A stretch of DNA of 64,000 nucleotides from an uncultured Flavobacteriales bacterium (GTDB taxonomy: Bacteria; Bacteroidota; Bacteroidia; Flavobacteriales_D; Sanyastnellaceae), in the NCBI GenBank assembly GCA_943787435.1, contig CALSMK010000011.1:3813-67812 (forward strand), in the 5' to 3' direction. Positions 1-9,065 of the stretch are shown in pieces; position 1 is the first letter of the stretch; the number at the start of each line of letters is the position of its first letter. A model generated the notes under the pieces. It searched no databases and was not told where the DNA came from. It saw only the letters and a program-made list of their open reading frames with translations. The translations under genes and the position numbers were made by a program.

Positions 1-315
1 ACATCGCCGTAGCGAATTTGGGTGCGAAGATAGCCCCCGCAATCCTACTCTGTCCCCACTTTGTGCATCCAAGGACGTAGAAGTATCAAATGCCCTCCGT
101 TGGCGGAACCTCATGGCGCATCGCCTCAGCCACCAAATGGCCGTGAATGCTGCATAAATCAGGTAAGTGGCCAAAGCAAATTGTGTGGGGTCAGGCATGT
201 CCAACAGGGAATAAAACAGGATGCCAACCATCACCACCGCCATCTTAATGAGGGTGACCAACATCACATTTCGAACCAAAGCGCCCGGACGAGCGCCCGG
301 TTTAGGCCGCAGCAT
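1..315 (-). CDS. partial ORF running off the window start: small membrane protein downstream of the atpZ-like gene, possibly the hydrophobic ORF that precedes atpB in Bacteroidota ATP-synthase operons
   Basis: My own minus-strand translation. ATG at 315 (alternative ATG at 264) gives MLRPKPGARPGALVRNVMLVTLIKMAVVMVGILFYSLLDMPDPTQFALATYLIYAAFTAIWWL..., with two hydrophobic helices and an open frame to position 1. It is absent from the ORF track because it is edge-truncated. The + strand ORF 61..411 looks like its shadow. Confidence 0.3.
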   Translation of the reverse strand, partial: MLRPKPGARPGALVRNVMLVTLIKMAVVMVGILFYSLLDMPDPTQFALATYLIYAAFTAIWWLRRCAMRFRQRRAFDTSTSLDAQSGDRVGLRGLSSHPNSLRRC

Positions 316-458
316 CGGTCCAACAGCCAAGTGACCAAGGCCATCAGTACCACCACAATTGCAGAGGTGAACGCACGGCTTCGGTCAAAAGTGGGGGCTC
401 CAACGTGCTGACCAACAGCAGCGCACTCAGGCCGTCAAGGCCAACATCCATTGAAACT

Positions 459-692
459 TCATCGTTTTAAATCCTGAAAGACCGCCATCAAAGAAAGGGA
501 GAGTCCAACCATTGCCCCCAAGGCCGTGGCCCAAGCTACTTCATGGCCACTGTGCTCGTCCCAAATGCTTCCCAACCACGCTCCGCCACCAATGCCGGCG
601 GCCATCGTGGTGGCCAGACCCATGTGCTTCAAGGCACCTTGGTCTGTTTTCTTGTCGCCTTTAAGCGGATTGTTGGAGCGGTCCGTTTTCAT
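459..692 (-). CDS. AtpZ/AtpI family small membrane protein (putative F0F1-ATPase-associated)
   Basis: 77 aa with ATG start. Basic N-terminus, then two Gly/Ala-rich helices (LATTMAAGIGGGAWLGSIWDE ... WATALGAMVGLSLSLMAVFQDL), as in the AtpZ/AtpI family. Confidence 0.6.
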   Translation of the reverse strand: MKTDRSNNPLKGDKKTDQGALKHMGLATTMAAGIGGGAWLGSIWDEHSGHEVAWATALGAMVGLSLSLMAVFQDLKR

Positions 693-1092
693 GGTCCACG
701 CTCATCATTTGGGTTTCTGCCATCAAATCTGAGGGCTTCACGCCATCATCCAGTTTGCAAACGCCCTCGATTTTTGCACCGGCCTCAACAGACATCCGTC
801 CGTAGCGGATTTCTCCTTCCACTCCGCTCGACGCCTTCAGGCTCAGAAGACCGACCACGCGAAGGTGCCCAACAACCATGCCTTCTGACTCGCAGTCTTG
901 ACAATCAACACGGCCTTCAACACGGCCTTTGACGCCGATCACAAGGCGGCCTGTGGTGTGAATGTCTCCCACAAATTGACCATCTATGCGAATGCTGCCT
1001 TCACTGCGGATGGTGCCCTCAACGAGCGTGCCCTCCACAATTCGGTTGATTCCCTGCTCAATGTTCACTTCACTGCTGCGGTGCCTTCCCAT
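661..1092 (-). CDS. bactofilin family cytoskeletal protein (polymer-forming, DUF583)
   Basis: 143 aa with the repetitive beta-helix pattern G.I.S.G.I.IDG.F.G.I...G.L.IG..G.VEG, as in bactofilins. The 3' end overlaps the atpZ-like start by 32 nt. Confidence 0.8.
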   Translation of the reverse strand: MGRHRSSEVNIEQGINRIVEGTLVEGTIRSEGSIRIDGQFVGDIHTTGRLVIGVKGRVEGRVDCQDCESEGMVVGHLRVVGLLSLKASSGVEGEIRYGRMSVEAGAKIEGVCKLDDGVKPSDLMAETQMMSVDHENGPLQQSA

Positions 1093-1113
1093 GGTTTGAT
1101 TCCGTTCTGCGCG

Positions 1114-3741
1114 TTACTCTCGAAGGTAATACTGTTCGAAGAATCGCATGTACCCCTCTATGTCTTTGCCCTTGAAGAGCTCAACATAATTCTCGGTGTG
1201 GATGACAAACACCTGATTCCCGCTGGTGTTGAAGTCAATCATCGACTCTCGGTTGGTGGTCAAGACCTTGAAGTAATCCACCGCTCGATCCTTCCGAGCA
1301 AACTTCTTGACCAACACCAATTGGTTTTCTCGGTCCAACAAATTGCTCGTCACCTTCAAGTTGCCACTTGCAAAAAACTGCCGATTGAAGTCAGACAGGT
1401 CCGCTTTGATTTGATCGGCGCCCCCCTCTCTCACGGGAATGATCACCCCGAGGTAATGCTCCAGCACAGGCTTGTCCTTGAAATTCCCGAAGTCGGGCAG
1501 CTGTGGCACAGCATCCACCTTTTCCTTTTCAGGTTGGGCACCTTGACCCAGGCCAGCCAAGATCTCAGCGGCAGCCACCCCTTGTTCTGAAGAGTCGCAT
1601 GATGCCACAACAGACTCAAGGGCTTGAATGTAATTGTCCCGGCCTCGAGCACGTCCGTCCAACCAGCCAATGCACTGGGCCCGCAGGAAGCGGTACCGGC
1701 ATTCTTGCGTGTGGTTGGGGACCGTGTCCAACATGGCGTTGACCTCTGTCAAAATGCCCTGGTAGTCCTTTTGGGCATAGTAGCGAATCAGGTGTTCCTC
1801 GTAAGCGGCCAGCTCATCGATGCGGCGCTGCTCCTCAAAGTCAACGAATTCCGGGTCTTCAACGAGTTGCGCCCACTCGCTGTCGGGGTAAAGCAATGAA
1901 ATCTGGTCTGCCCAATACTGAGAGTTGCACGTCCCGCAGAACGGGTTTTGATAGTTCTCGTTCTCTTCCAAAAAGAGGTACGTCCGGTACAATTGATAGT
2001 GCGCCAGGGGGTGCTCCTCGCTTTCGTCGTAACGGTCAATGAGGTCCACCCAAGACTCGATGGCGTTGTCGGTGTCTTCGAGTTTCTCCTTGTAAATGAC
2101 GCCGCTTTGGTACACCGCTGTCGCCGTTTGGACATCCGCGCCTTGCCTTTGCTCTTCAGAGCAAGGAAGCCCCTCCAGAAGCTCTTCCGGAGTGGGCAAC
2201 TCCCCTCCAGTTCCCAACAGGGTTCCGGAAGCCATCTCCTCGGCCACTTCTTCAATGACACTGAATCCAGAAGCCAACTTCCTGCTTCGGCGCCAATCGT
2301 CCTCCAGGAGCCGGTCTCCCCAAAGGTCAAAGAAATTCCTCTGTCCGGCGTCGCGCAATCTGGGATTGTAGGGCCAGAATGCCGTTTCGCTTCCCGGCAT
2401 GGACAGGCTCTCTTTCCGCGCCTCTTCAGCCAGCCTTTCCGCTTCTTCTGCCTCTGCCTCTTGCTCCAGCCTCAGCCCTTCGATGATGTCCTCCATCCGG
2501 GCGTAACGGTCGCTTTCATCCAAATCACAGAGCTCCCTCAAGCTGTCATTTCGAACGATGATCGTCAGCTGCTCCACCAACTCAGTCAAACTGCGCGCAT
2601 TGTTTCTGACCTCCGCATACCTCGGGTGGTCTTCATTCATGTTGGCCAAGGTGCTGTCATAGTAAGCCTGCGCCAACTCATACTCACGGTCTTCCAGGTG
2701 CAGGTCGGCCAGGCCCAAGAAGCTCTTCATCCTGGGCCTTCTGTTCCCAGAATTTTCGGAAAGGGCCTCCCTCAAAAAGTCCATTCCCTCCTCACGATTC
2801 AGTTCTTCCAGTTCAATTTGAGCCAGCGCATAAAAAATCTGATCTCGGTATTCCTCGTTTTTGTCGTCCTCCAACATGTCGAAGAACAACTCCTTGATCT
2901 CTTCACTGTCTCCGCGGCGCCTGTCAAAGGCCAACGCCTGCTGCATACGGGCCTGGAACTCCATCTCATACGGGGTCTTCAGCTTGACAATGTCGTCGAA
3001 CAGCTCAATGGCCTCTCGGTTGCTTCCATATTCCCGCTTGAGCTGAGCCAAGACAAACAGTGGACGCGCCCTGTCTCTTTTCGGCTTGATCATGGGGATG
3101 GCCCGTTCCAATGAACGCATGGCCTCCTCAATGTTGCTCTGTGTGAGGTTGAATTGCGCCTGAACCAAAAACGCTTGTGCCCTCAATTCATCTGAGGCGT
3201 CGCGCTCCCCAACAGCCTTGAGCAAAGCCGAATTGGCCTTGGGCATGTTTTCCATGGCCATGTAGGTCCGTGCCAGCCATGTCCCTGCCGCCACTTGACT
3301 GTCTGGTTCCTTGTGTGTCCGCTGCAAGTACTTGAACACCTCCTCAGCCTTGGAGAGGTCCCCTTTGTAAAAGTGGCCCTTGCCGATGAGGGTGTAGTTG
3401 TCGTCTATCCACCGGTTGAGCTGCGGGCGCTTGAAGTCTTTCTGCGCGCTCCTCGGCGGGGTCATGGCGTGTCGGTCCACAACACGAGAGCACTTTTCTA
3501 TCGCCCGTTCCATCAAAGGGTACAAGAAGTCAGCCTGATCTTCGGTGCCCACCAAAAACAGGGGAATCACCTCGTCCCAATTCTCCTCGTGCGTCTCGGC
3601 CAACTTTTGATCGGCTTCCTCCATGGCAAGCCGCGCAAAGTGAAAACCATTGAATCTGGACGTGGTGTTGTGATAGGCCCGATAGAACCGCCCGTCCCTT
3701 TGGGTGGTGCAACCAGCCAAGAAAAGAAGCAGGGACAACAT
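1114..3741 (-). CDS. porW: T9SS periplasmic TPR lipoprotein PorW/SprE
   Basis: Lipoprotein signal MLSLLLFLAGC at the ATG at 3741 (the ORF track starts at ATG 3807). The N-terminal FYRAYHNTTSRFNGFHFA motif and the helical TPR-like repeats over about 870 aa match my recollection of F. johnsoniae SprE. Confidence 0.7.
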   Translation of the reverse strand: MLSLLLFLAGCTTQRDGRFYRAYHNTTSRFNGFHFARLAMEEADQKLAETHEENWDEVIPLFLVGTEDQADFLYPLMERAIEKCSRVVDRHAMTPPRSAQKDFKRPQLNRWIDDNYTLIGKGHFYKGDLSKAEEVFKYLQRTHKEPDSQVAAGTWLARTYMAMENMPKANSALLKAVGERDASDELRAQAFLVQAQFNLTQSNIEEAMRSLERAIPMIKPKRDRARPLFVLAQLKREYGSNREAIELFDDIVKLKTPYEMEFQARMQQALAFDRRRGDSEEIKELFFDMLEDDKNEEYRDQIFYALAQIELEELNREEGMDFLREALSENSGNRRPRMKSFLGLADLHLEDREYELAQAYYDSTLANMNEDHPRYAEVRNNARSLTELVEQLTIIVRNDSLRELCDLDESDRYARMEDIIEGLRLEQEAEAEEAERLAEEARKESLSMPGSETAFWPYNPRLRDAGQRNFFDLWGDRLLEDDWRRSRKLASGFSVIEEVAEEMASGTLLGTGGELPTPEELLEGLPCSEEQRQGADVQTATAVYQSGVIYKEKLEDTDNAIESWVDLIDRYDESEEHPLAHYQLYRTYLFLEENENYQNPFCGTCNSQYWADQISLLYPDSEWAQLVEDPEFVDFEEQRRIDELAAYEEHLIRYYAQKDYQGILTEVNAMLDTVPNHTQECRYRFLRAQCIGWLDGRARGRDNYIQALESVVASCDSSEQGVAAAEILAGLGQGAQPEKEKVDAVPQLPDFGNFKDKPVLEHYLGVIIPVREGGADQIKADLSDFNRQFFASGNLKVTSNLLDRENQLVLVKKFARKDRAVDYFKVLTTNRESMIDFNTSGNQVFVIHTENYVELFKGKDIEGYMRFFEQYYLRE

Positions 3742-3921
3742 GCCCAGCTTATTCAGCACCGGGCGAATGCAATTCCATGAGGAGGGTTGAGAGGACTTGT
3801 GGTTCATGTTGAGCCTATGTTCCGAGCGACCAACTCAGAAGCCGCGAAAATATTGCATTCCACGCGGGTCAGTCACAAATTCGATGCTCTTCCTCCGTTG
3901 TCGACCATCTTTGGACTGAAG

Positions 3922-4794
3922 ATGGAACAGAAAAAGACCACATCAACGCCCAATAAAAAGCCGTCCAAACAGCGGTTTAGGTTGATTCTTCAAGAAGAGG
4001 GAACCTTCGCAGAACGCTGGGCCATGAAGGTTCAGCCCCTCCAATTAAAATGGCTGGCTGCTGGAAGTGTGATCATCGTTGCCTTGATCACCTACGCGCT
4101 GATTGCATGGACCCCGCTTCGCGAGGTTGTGGTTCCTGGTTACATGACCACTGAGAGCCGGGTCATGCAAAAGGAGGCCATCCAAACGGCAGATTCACTT
4201 TCGAACATCCTGGAAGCCCAAGGTCGATACATCGCCAATCTCAAGGCCATCTTCTCAGGAGAGCTTCCCCCTCAATCCATGGAGGTCATCTCCAACACCG
4301 CCCCCCCTGCGACCCCTCCTTCATCTCTCTCACAACAACCTGGTGAGGCGCTCACGGGCCTTCGTTCCCGCGTCGAAGAAGAGGACGCCTTTGCCATTGG
4401 AAAACCCGGGGGTCTAGAAAGTTCTGGAATCTGGCTGCCCCCAGTTGAAGGCCAAATCTCGTCGCCTTGGAACCCTCAAGTCGGCCATTGGGGTGTAGAC
4501 CTGGTTGCACCAGAAGACAGCCCTGTGAAAGCCGTTGGCTCGGGAACGGTTGTCTTTGCTGGATTTACTTCGGGAGGTGGACACACGATCATGGTTCAAC
4601 ACCCTGGCGACCGCGTATCTGTCTACATGCACAACAGCCGACTGGAGGTCCAGTCCGGTGACCGAGTAGAGCAGGGTGAATTGCTGGCCTTTATCGGAAA
4701 CTCTGGCGACCACAGCTCTGGGCCACACCTCCACTTTGAATGGTGGGAATCCGGCACAGCCATTGATCCTCAATTGAGGATGAGCTTAAAATAA
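3922..4794 (+). CDS. M23 family metallopeptidase (membrane anchored)
   Basis: C-terminal HWGVDL...GHTIMVQH...GNSGDHSSGPHLHFEW is a LytM/M23 signature, and there is an N-terminal TM segment LAAGSVIIVALITYALIAW. I chose the ATG at 3922 (MEQKK...); the ORF track starts at 3787. Confidence 0.85.
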   Translation: MEQKKTTSTPNKKPSKQRFRLILQEEGTFAERWAMKVQPLQLKWLAAGSVIIVALITYALIAWTPLREVVVPGYMTTESRVMQKEAIQTADSLSNILEAQGRYIANLKAIFSGELPPQSMEVISNTAPPATPPSSLSQQPGEALTGLRSRVEEEDAFAIGKPGGLESSGIWLPPVEGQISSPWNPQVGHWGVDLVAPEDSPVKAVGSGTVVFAGFTSGGGHTIMVQHPGDRVSVYMHNSRLEVQSGDRVEQGELLAFIGNSGDHSSGPHLHFEWWESGTAIDPQLRMSLK

Positions 4795-4799
4795 AAGGC

Positions 4800-5756
4800 T
4801 CAAGCCTCCACCAATTGAGGCTTCCAGTCCGTCATGCGGCGGAAGGCATCGATGCGGCCCTCCAACTCCGCGGTGCTCACAGAGCGAATTCCGTCGGTTC
4901 CAAACTCTTCACAAGTGAAGCTGGCCAATGCACTGCCCACAACCACGCCCTGCTTTAGGGTTTCGAAGTCCGTGCTCCCTCTGCGGGCAATGTGTCCGAT
5001 AAATCCACCCGCAAACGTGTCACCGGCTCCAGTTGGGTCCACCACATCCTCCAAGGGAAGTGCCGGGCAAAAGAAGTATTGAACCTGTCCTTCTTCGACG
5101 TGGAACAGGAATGCGCCGTGCTCCCCTTTTTTGATCACGAGGTAACGGGGGCCCATATTCAAAATCGAACGTGCCGCTTTGATCAAACTGCGCTCCCCAC
5201 TCAATTGACGGGCTTCTTCGTCATTGATGGTCAGGACGTCCACCCGAGCAATAACCGCCTTCAGCGGCTCAAGGGCAATGTCCATCCAGAAGTTCATGGT
5301 GTCCAAAACCACCAGCTCTGGTCGCTCGTCCATTTGATCCAAAACCAACGCCTGCAAGGTTGGGTCAATGTTGCCCAACATCACGTATCTCGACTTTCGC
5401 CAAGCCTCAGGAATAACGGGCTTGAAGTCGGCCAACACATTCAGCTCTGTGGCCAAAGTATCTCTTCCGTTCATGTCCATGTGATAGGAGCCCGACCAAT
5501 AAAAGCTCTTTCCTCCCTCAGGGCAAGCCACACCTTCAAGGCCCATGCCCGCCTCTTTCATGCTCTCCAACTCCGCCTGGGGGAAGTCCTCACCAATCAC
5601 ACTCACCAATCCAGATTGAACCCCCAGTCTGCTGGTGGACCAACCGATGTACGTTCCGGCCCCGCCTACAATGCGGTGCCTTTCGCCAAACGGGGTTTTA
5701 ATGGAGTCAAACGCAACGGTTCCAACGACAACAACGGATGGGGAGTTCCAAGACAT
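4800..5756 (-). CDS. PfkB family carbohydrate kinase
   Basis: 318 aa. N-terminal VVVVGTVAFD and C-terminal DPTGAGDTFAGGF are ribokinase/PfkB signatures. Confidence 0.85.
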   Translation of the reverse strand: MSWNSPSVVVVGTVAFDSIKTPFGERHRIVGGAGTYIGWSTSRLGVQSGLVSVIGEDFPQAELESMKEAGMGLEGVACPEGGKSFYWSGSYHMDMNGRDTLATELNVLADFKPVIPEAWRKSRYVMLGNIDPTLQALVLDQMDERPELVVLDTMNFWMDIALEPLKAVIARVDVLTINDEEARQLSGERSLIKAARSILNMGPRYLVIKKGEHGAFLFHVEEGQVQYFFCPALPLEDVVDPTGAGDTFAGGFIGHIARRGSTDFETLKQGVVVGSALASFTCEEFGTDGIRSVSTAELEGRIDAFRRMTDWKPQLVEA

Positions 5757-5809
5757 CTTGATTGAATTAGCGCCGCAAAGTTAGTGGAGGGCCGTTGCAC
5801 ACAACGGCA

Positions 5810-5840
5810 TTGCACCAAATGTCGAAACAGCGTATCTTTG
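5810..5840 (+). promoter_or_regulatory. Bacteroidota-type promoter for tRNA-Asn (TTG-N20-TATCTTTG)
   Basis: TTG at 5810-5812 and TATCTTTG at 5833-5840 match the TAnnTTTG -7 consensus. The boxes lie 29 nt upstream of the tRNA start. Confidence 0.45.
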
Positions 5841-5868
5841 CGCTCCTTCAGAAATGAAGGTTGAGCAT

Positions 5869-5942
5869 TCCCCTATAGCTCAGCTGGTTAGAGCGACTGA
5901 CTGTTAATCAGTAGGTCCCTGGTTCGAGTCCAGGTGGGGGAG
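5869..5942 (+). tRNA. tRNA-Asn (anticodon GTT)
   Basis: Hand-folded cloverleaf: acceptor tccccta/tggggga, D stem gctc/gagc, anticodon stem actga/tcagt with loop ctGTTaa, T arm cctgg-ttcgagt-ccagg. 74 nt, no encoded CCA. Confidence 0.95.
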
Positions 5943-5945
5943 CAA

Positions 5946-5984
5946 CAAAAAAACCCCGGGAAGATCCCGGGGTTTTTCGTTTTC
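5946..5984. terminator. bidirectional rho-independent terminator between tRNA-Asn and the response-regulator gene
   Basis: The sequence is aaaaaaa-CCCCGGG-aagat-CCCGGGG-ttttt. It has a 7-bp GC stem, a 5-nt loop, and A and T tracts on either side. Confidence 0.75.
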
Positions 5985-6006
5985 TAATGCCACTGTTAGG
6001 CCGTGG

Positions 6007-6756
6007 TCAGAGCAGGTTGATTCTGCTGGCCAAAATGTCCTTGTAGCTACCGCCAATGGGGATTTCTTTCTCCATTCCTCTCACTTGGATCATGGAGTAT
6101 TTGATGCTGTGGATGGCATCCAAGTTCACTATGTAACTGCGGTGGACACGCATGAACCGACGCTCGTTGAGCTTGTTCTCCACGTCCTTCATGGTGCTGT
6201 GAATGGTGTAGCTCTGCTCGGGTGTGTGAACCACCACGTAATCCTTGAGCGCTTCGATGAACAACAGGTCGTCAAACTCAATTCGCATCAAGCGACTGCG
6301 GTTCTTCACGAACAGGTATTCGGCCGTTTCCTTGTGCTCGGCCATGTTCCTCAAGAACTCATTCTCCAACCGCGCCTCCTGCTCCTTAGAGAACTTGTGC
6401 AAGGCCATCTCAATGCTGGTCTGCAAATCGACGTCTTTGAATGGCTTGAGGATGTATCCGTGTGGTTCGGCCAATTTGGCCTCTCCCAAAGTGCTTCTGT
6501 CGGCATAAGCCGTCAAGAAGATGATGGGCACATCCAATGTTCTTTTGATTTCTTCGGCTGCTGCAATGCCGTTCATGTCTCCTTTCAACATGATGTCCAT
6601 CAGGACCACATCGGGACGGTGACGGACCGCCAAATCAATGGCGTCTTCTCCGTTGTCCGCTGATGCTACGACGTTGTAACCGATTTTTTCGAGCGTTTGC
6701 TCGATGTCTTTGCGGACGATGCTTTCATCCTCAGTAACCAAGATATTGATGGCCAT
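6007..6756 (-). CDS. LytR/AlgR (LytTR) family response regulator
   Basis: Receiver domain (ILVTEDE...VVLMDIMLKGDMNG...KPF) followed by a C-terminal LytTR domain (...FMRVHRSYIVNLDAI...). Confidence 0.9.
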   Translation of the reverse strand: MAINILVTEDESIVRKDIEQTLEKIGYNVVASADNGEDAIDLAVRHRPDVVLMDIMLKGDMNGIAAAEEIKRTLDVPIIFLTAYADRSTLGEAKLAEPHGYILKPFKDVDLQTSIEMALHKFSKEQEARLENEFLRNMAEHKETAEYLFVKNRSRLMRIEFDDLLFIEALKDYVVVHTPEQSYTIHSTMKDVENKLNERRFMRVHRSYIVNLDAIHSIKYSMIQVRGMEKEIPIGGSYKDILASRINLL

Positions 6757-6820
6757 AGACTTCAGTTTCGGGTTCAGGTTCTTCGAAAAAACCTCGAATC
6801 ATTCGATGGAAGTACCTCCA

Positions 6821-9064
6821 TCAGCTGTCAAACAGGTTTTTCGGTCGCCGAAAGCTAACCAAAAAGCGCGTACCCTCGTCGCTTTCAGCCAATAACTCAC
6901 CATCCAACTGCTCACTAAGCGCCTGAACGAGGTATAATCCCAAAGAATCACGGCCGCTCCAGTCAAAGCCTTCTGGCAAGCCAACACCGTCATCCCTGAC
7001 CTCTATTTGAATCTCTTCCTCTTCAGGAAATGCCTCCGGCTCTTTCCGGCGCAACGCCACCGTAATGACGCCGCTCTTGCGGCCTTCAAACGCATATTTC
7101 ATCGCGTTCGACACCCACTCATTCAGAATCAAACCACACGGAATGGCCTGATCCAGAGGGGCTTGAATGTCTTCTAACTCTGTGATCAGCTCCACCACCG
7201 TCTCCGACCGATAACTCTGAATGATGTTGCCTGCAATCCGGGTGAGATAGGAAGAAAAGCCGATGCTGGAAACGTCTGTATTTTGATAAAGGGTCTCGTG
7301 AATGATGCTCATGGTAGAGACCCGATTCTGGATTTCTTCCAAGCCCGTGATCGCATTCTCATCTTCTACAAATTTCTTCTGCAGATTGAGGATGGAGTTG
7401 ATGATTTGAAGGTTGTTTTTGACCCTGTGGTGCACTTCTTGCAACAGAATTTCCTTCTCTTTCAGGGCGCCTCGAATCGCTCTGTCAATCCTTTTGCGGT
7501 CCGTAATGTCGTAGGCAATCGCACTGATTTCCGGGTACCCCTCCGAACTTTCAATCGGGTTCAAGAACAGTTGCAACCAACGGCGATTCTTCTGTTCAGC
7601 TGTGCCAAGGCACCATTCAAATCGCTGTGGAGCCCCGCCCAATGCTCGGTTGAAACGGTCTTCTACATCAAAGCCATTCCCGTTTTGACTGTCTTTCACC
7701 ATCTGCGCCAAACACCCGCTCAGCTGAAGTGGCGTAGGCTCCTCCTTCTTCTGATTTGGAACCAACCAGTTCATAAAGTTTCGATTGCCGCTTGTGACAT
7801 CGAAACCCATTTGTGCCGTCCAGATGATGAAGTCCTCTCCAGACTCTACAATGGACCTCATACGGGCGGTCGCACTTCTCAAGGCCGCCTCAGCTGCAAT
7901 CCGCTGTTCAATTTGCTGAGTCAACAGCTGATTGGCCTCCTCGGCGACCTCTGCGCGAATGCGCTCTTGCATCAAAGAGTGGCGATCGGTCACGTCTGAC
8001 AAGTTGACCTGGACAGCGGGCTGTCCATCGAAGATGGTGAGCCTCCACTTGAGTGTAAGCCGTTTGCCCGACTCGGGCAGTTCCAGCTCCCACTCCTCCA
8101 CATTTTGACCTTGCCTGGCGTGGGTCGAGCTCGCTGAAATCCGGTCTCTCAATTCCTCTGGAAATAAAGCTGAGAATCGGCTTCCTTCAATGGTGTTCGG
8201 CCCATCCAAAAACAGATTTTCCGCCACTGGGTTGACGTAGCGAACCAAATCATCCACCAAAATCACAATGCCATTTGGAGAACTCTGAACCAACAATCGA
8301 AAACGCTCGCGCTCCTGAATCAAGTCGAATTCAATCCGCTTTCGATCGGAGATGTCGTACATCATCCAAACCTCAGAATCGTCCTCTAGCCTTCCTTTCC
8401 CAATGTCCAAGTGCAGGCCATCTCCATTTTTGTTTTGCAGCACCCAATCCCCTCGATCAAATACCCCACTGCCTTCTATGGGTTCCAAATTGCCCACACG
8501 ACGCAATCCCAACTGTTCCACCTTGTCTCCAATGACTTCTTCCGGGTGATCCACGCCCAACATCACCAAAAACCGAGAGTTCACATCCAACACCACGCCG
8601 TCTTTGACCAGCACAATCGCCTCTTGAGCAATGTCATTCAAACGTCGGTAGTGCGCCTCCCTGTCTTGCAAGGCTTGCTGACGGAACCGCTGCTCACTGA
8701 TGTCCACAATTTGAAGGATGTCCATGCCTGGAGTTGGACTGTTGGAGAACCTCAACTCCACTTGAAAGCGCATTCCTTCCGATCTCTGGGCTTCCAGCTC
8801 CATTCGCACCGATTTGCGAGAAGCGCAATCGGCTTTTGCCCATTTTAAGTCGTAATAGACCCGGTCTTCCTCCCTCCAAACCAACCATTCATTTTTGAAC
8901 AAATCCAATGAGCGGTTGGACACGTCAGAAGGCCATCCGAACAGAAAACAAGCACGCTCATTTACGCGCTCAACACGGGACCCCTTCAACAGAAAAAGGG
9001 CAGACGGAATCGCATCCATCCACCCATTGGGCCAAAGCTTTTCGTTGTTGTGCTCTTGTTCCAT
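6821..9064 (-). CDS. cytoplasmic multi-PAS sensor histidine kinase (HisKA_2 type)
   Basis: H-box EVHHRVKNNLQIINSILNLQ, a HATPase_c tail (DDGVGLPEGFD...SLGL), and several PAS-like blocks with no TM segment. The ATG at 9064 avoids overlap with the upstream gene; the alternative ATG at 9088 overlaps it by 23 nt. Confidence 0.85.
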   Translation of the reverse strand: MEQEHNNEKLWPNGWMDAIPSALFLLKGSRVERVNERACFLFGWPSDVSNRSLDLFKNEWLVWREEDRVYYDLKWAKADCASRKSVRMELEAQRSEGMRFQVELRFSNSPTPGMDILQIVDISEQRFRQQALQDREAHYRRLNDIAQEAIVLVKDGVVLDVNSRFLVMLGVDHPEEVIGDKVEQLGLRRVGNLEPIEGSGVFDRGDWVLQNKNGDGLHLDIGKGRLEDDSEVWMMYDISDRKRIEFDLIQERERFRLLVQSSPNGIVILVDDLVRYVNPVAENLFLDGPNTIEGSRFSALFPEELRDRISASSTHARQGQNVEEWELELPESGKRLTLKWRLTIFDGQPAVQVNLSDVTDRHSLMQERIRAEVAEEANQLLTQQIEQRIAAEAALRSATARMRSIVESGEDFIIWTAQMGFDVTSGNRNFMNWLVPNQKKEEPTPLQLSGCLAQMVKDSQNGNGFDVEDRFNRALGGAPQRFEWCLGTAEQKNRRWLQLFLNPIESSEGYPEISAIAYDITDRKRIDRAIRGALKEKEILLQEVHHRVKNNLQIINSILNLQKKFVEDENAITGLEEIQNRVSTMSIIHETLYQNTDVSSIGFSSYLTRIAGNIIQSYRSETVVELITELEDIQAPLDQAIPCGLILNEWVSNAMKYAFEGRKSGVITVALRRKEPEAFPEEEEIQIEVRDDGVGLPEGFDWSGRDSLGLYLVQALSEQLDGELLAESDEGTRFLVSFRRPKNLFDS

Positions 9065-9065
9065 T

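Noticed and set aside
61-411. 116-aa + strand ORF at the window start (TTG start)
   Set aside because: The translation is His/Gln/Arg-rich and not protein-like. The opposite strand encodes a plausible two-helix membrane protein in the atpZ context.
1948-3114. 388-aa ORF antisense to porW/sprE
   Set aside because: It is a shadow of a well-supported minus-strand gene with a low-complexity Leu/Val/Gln-rich translation.
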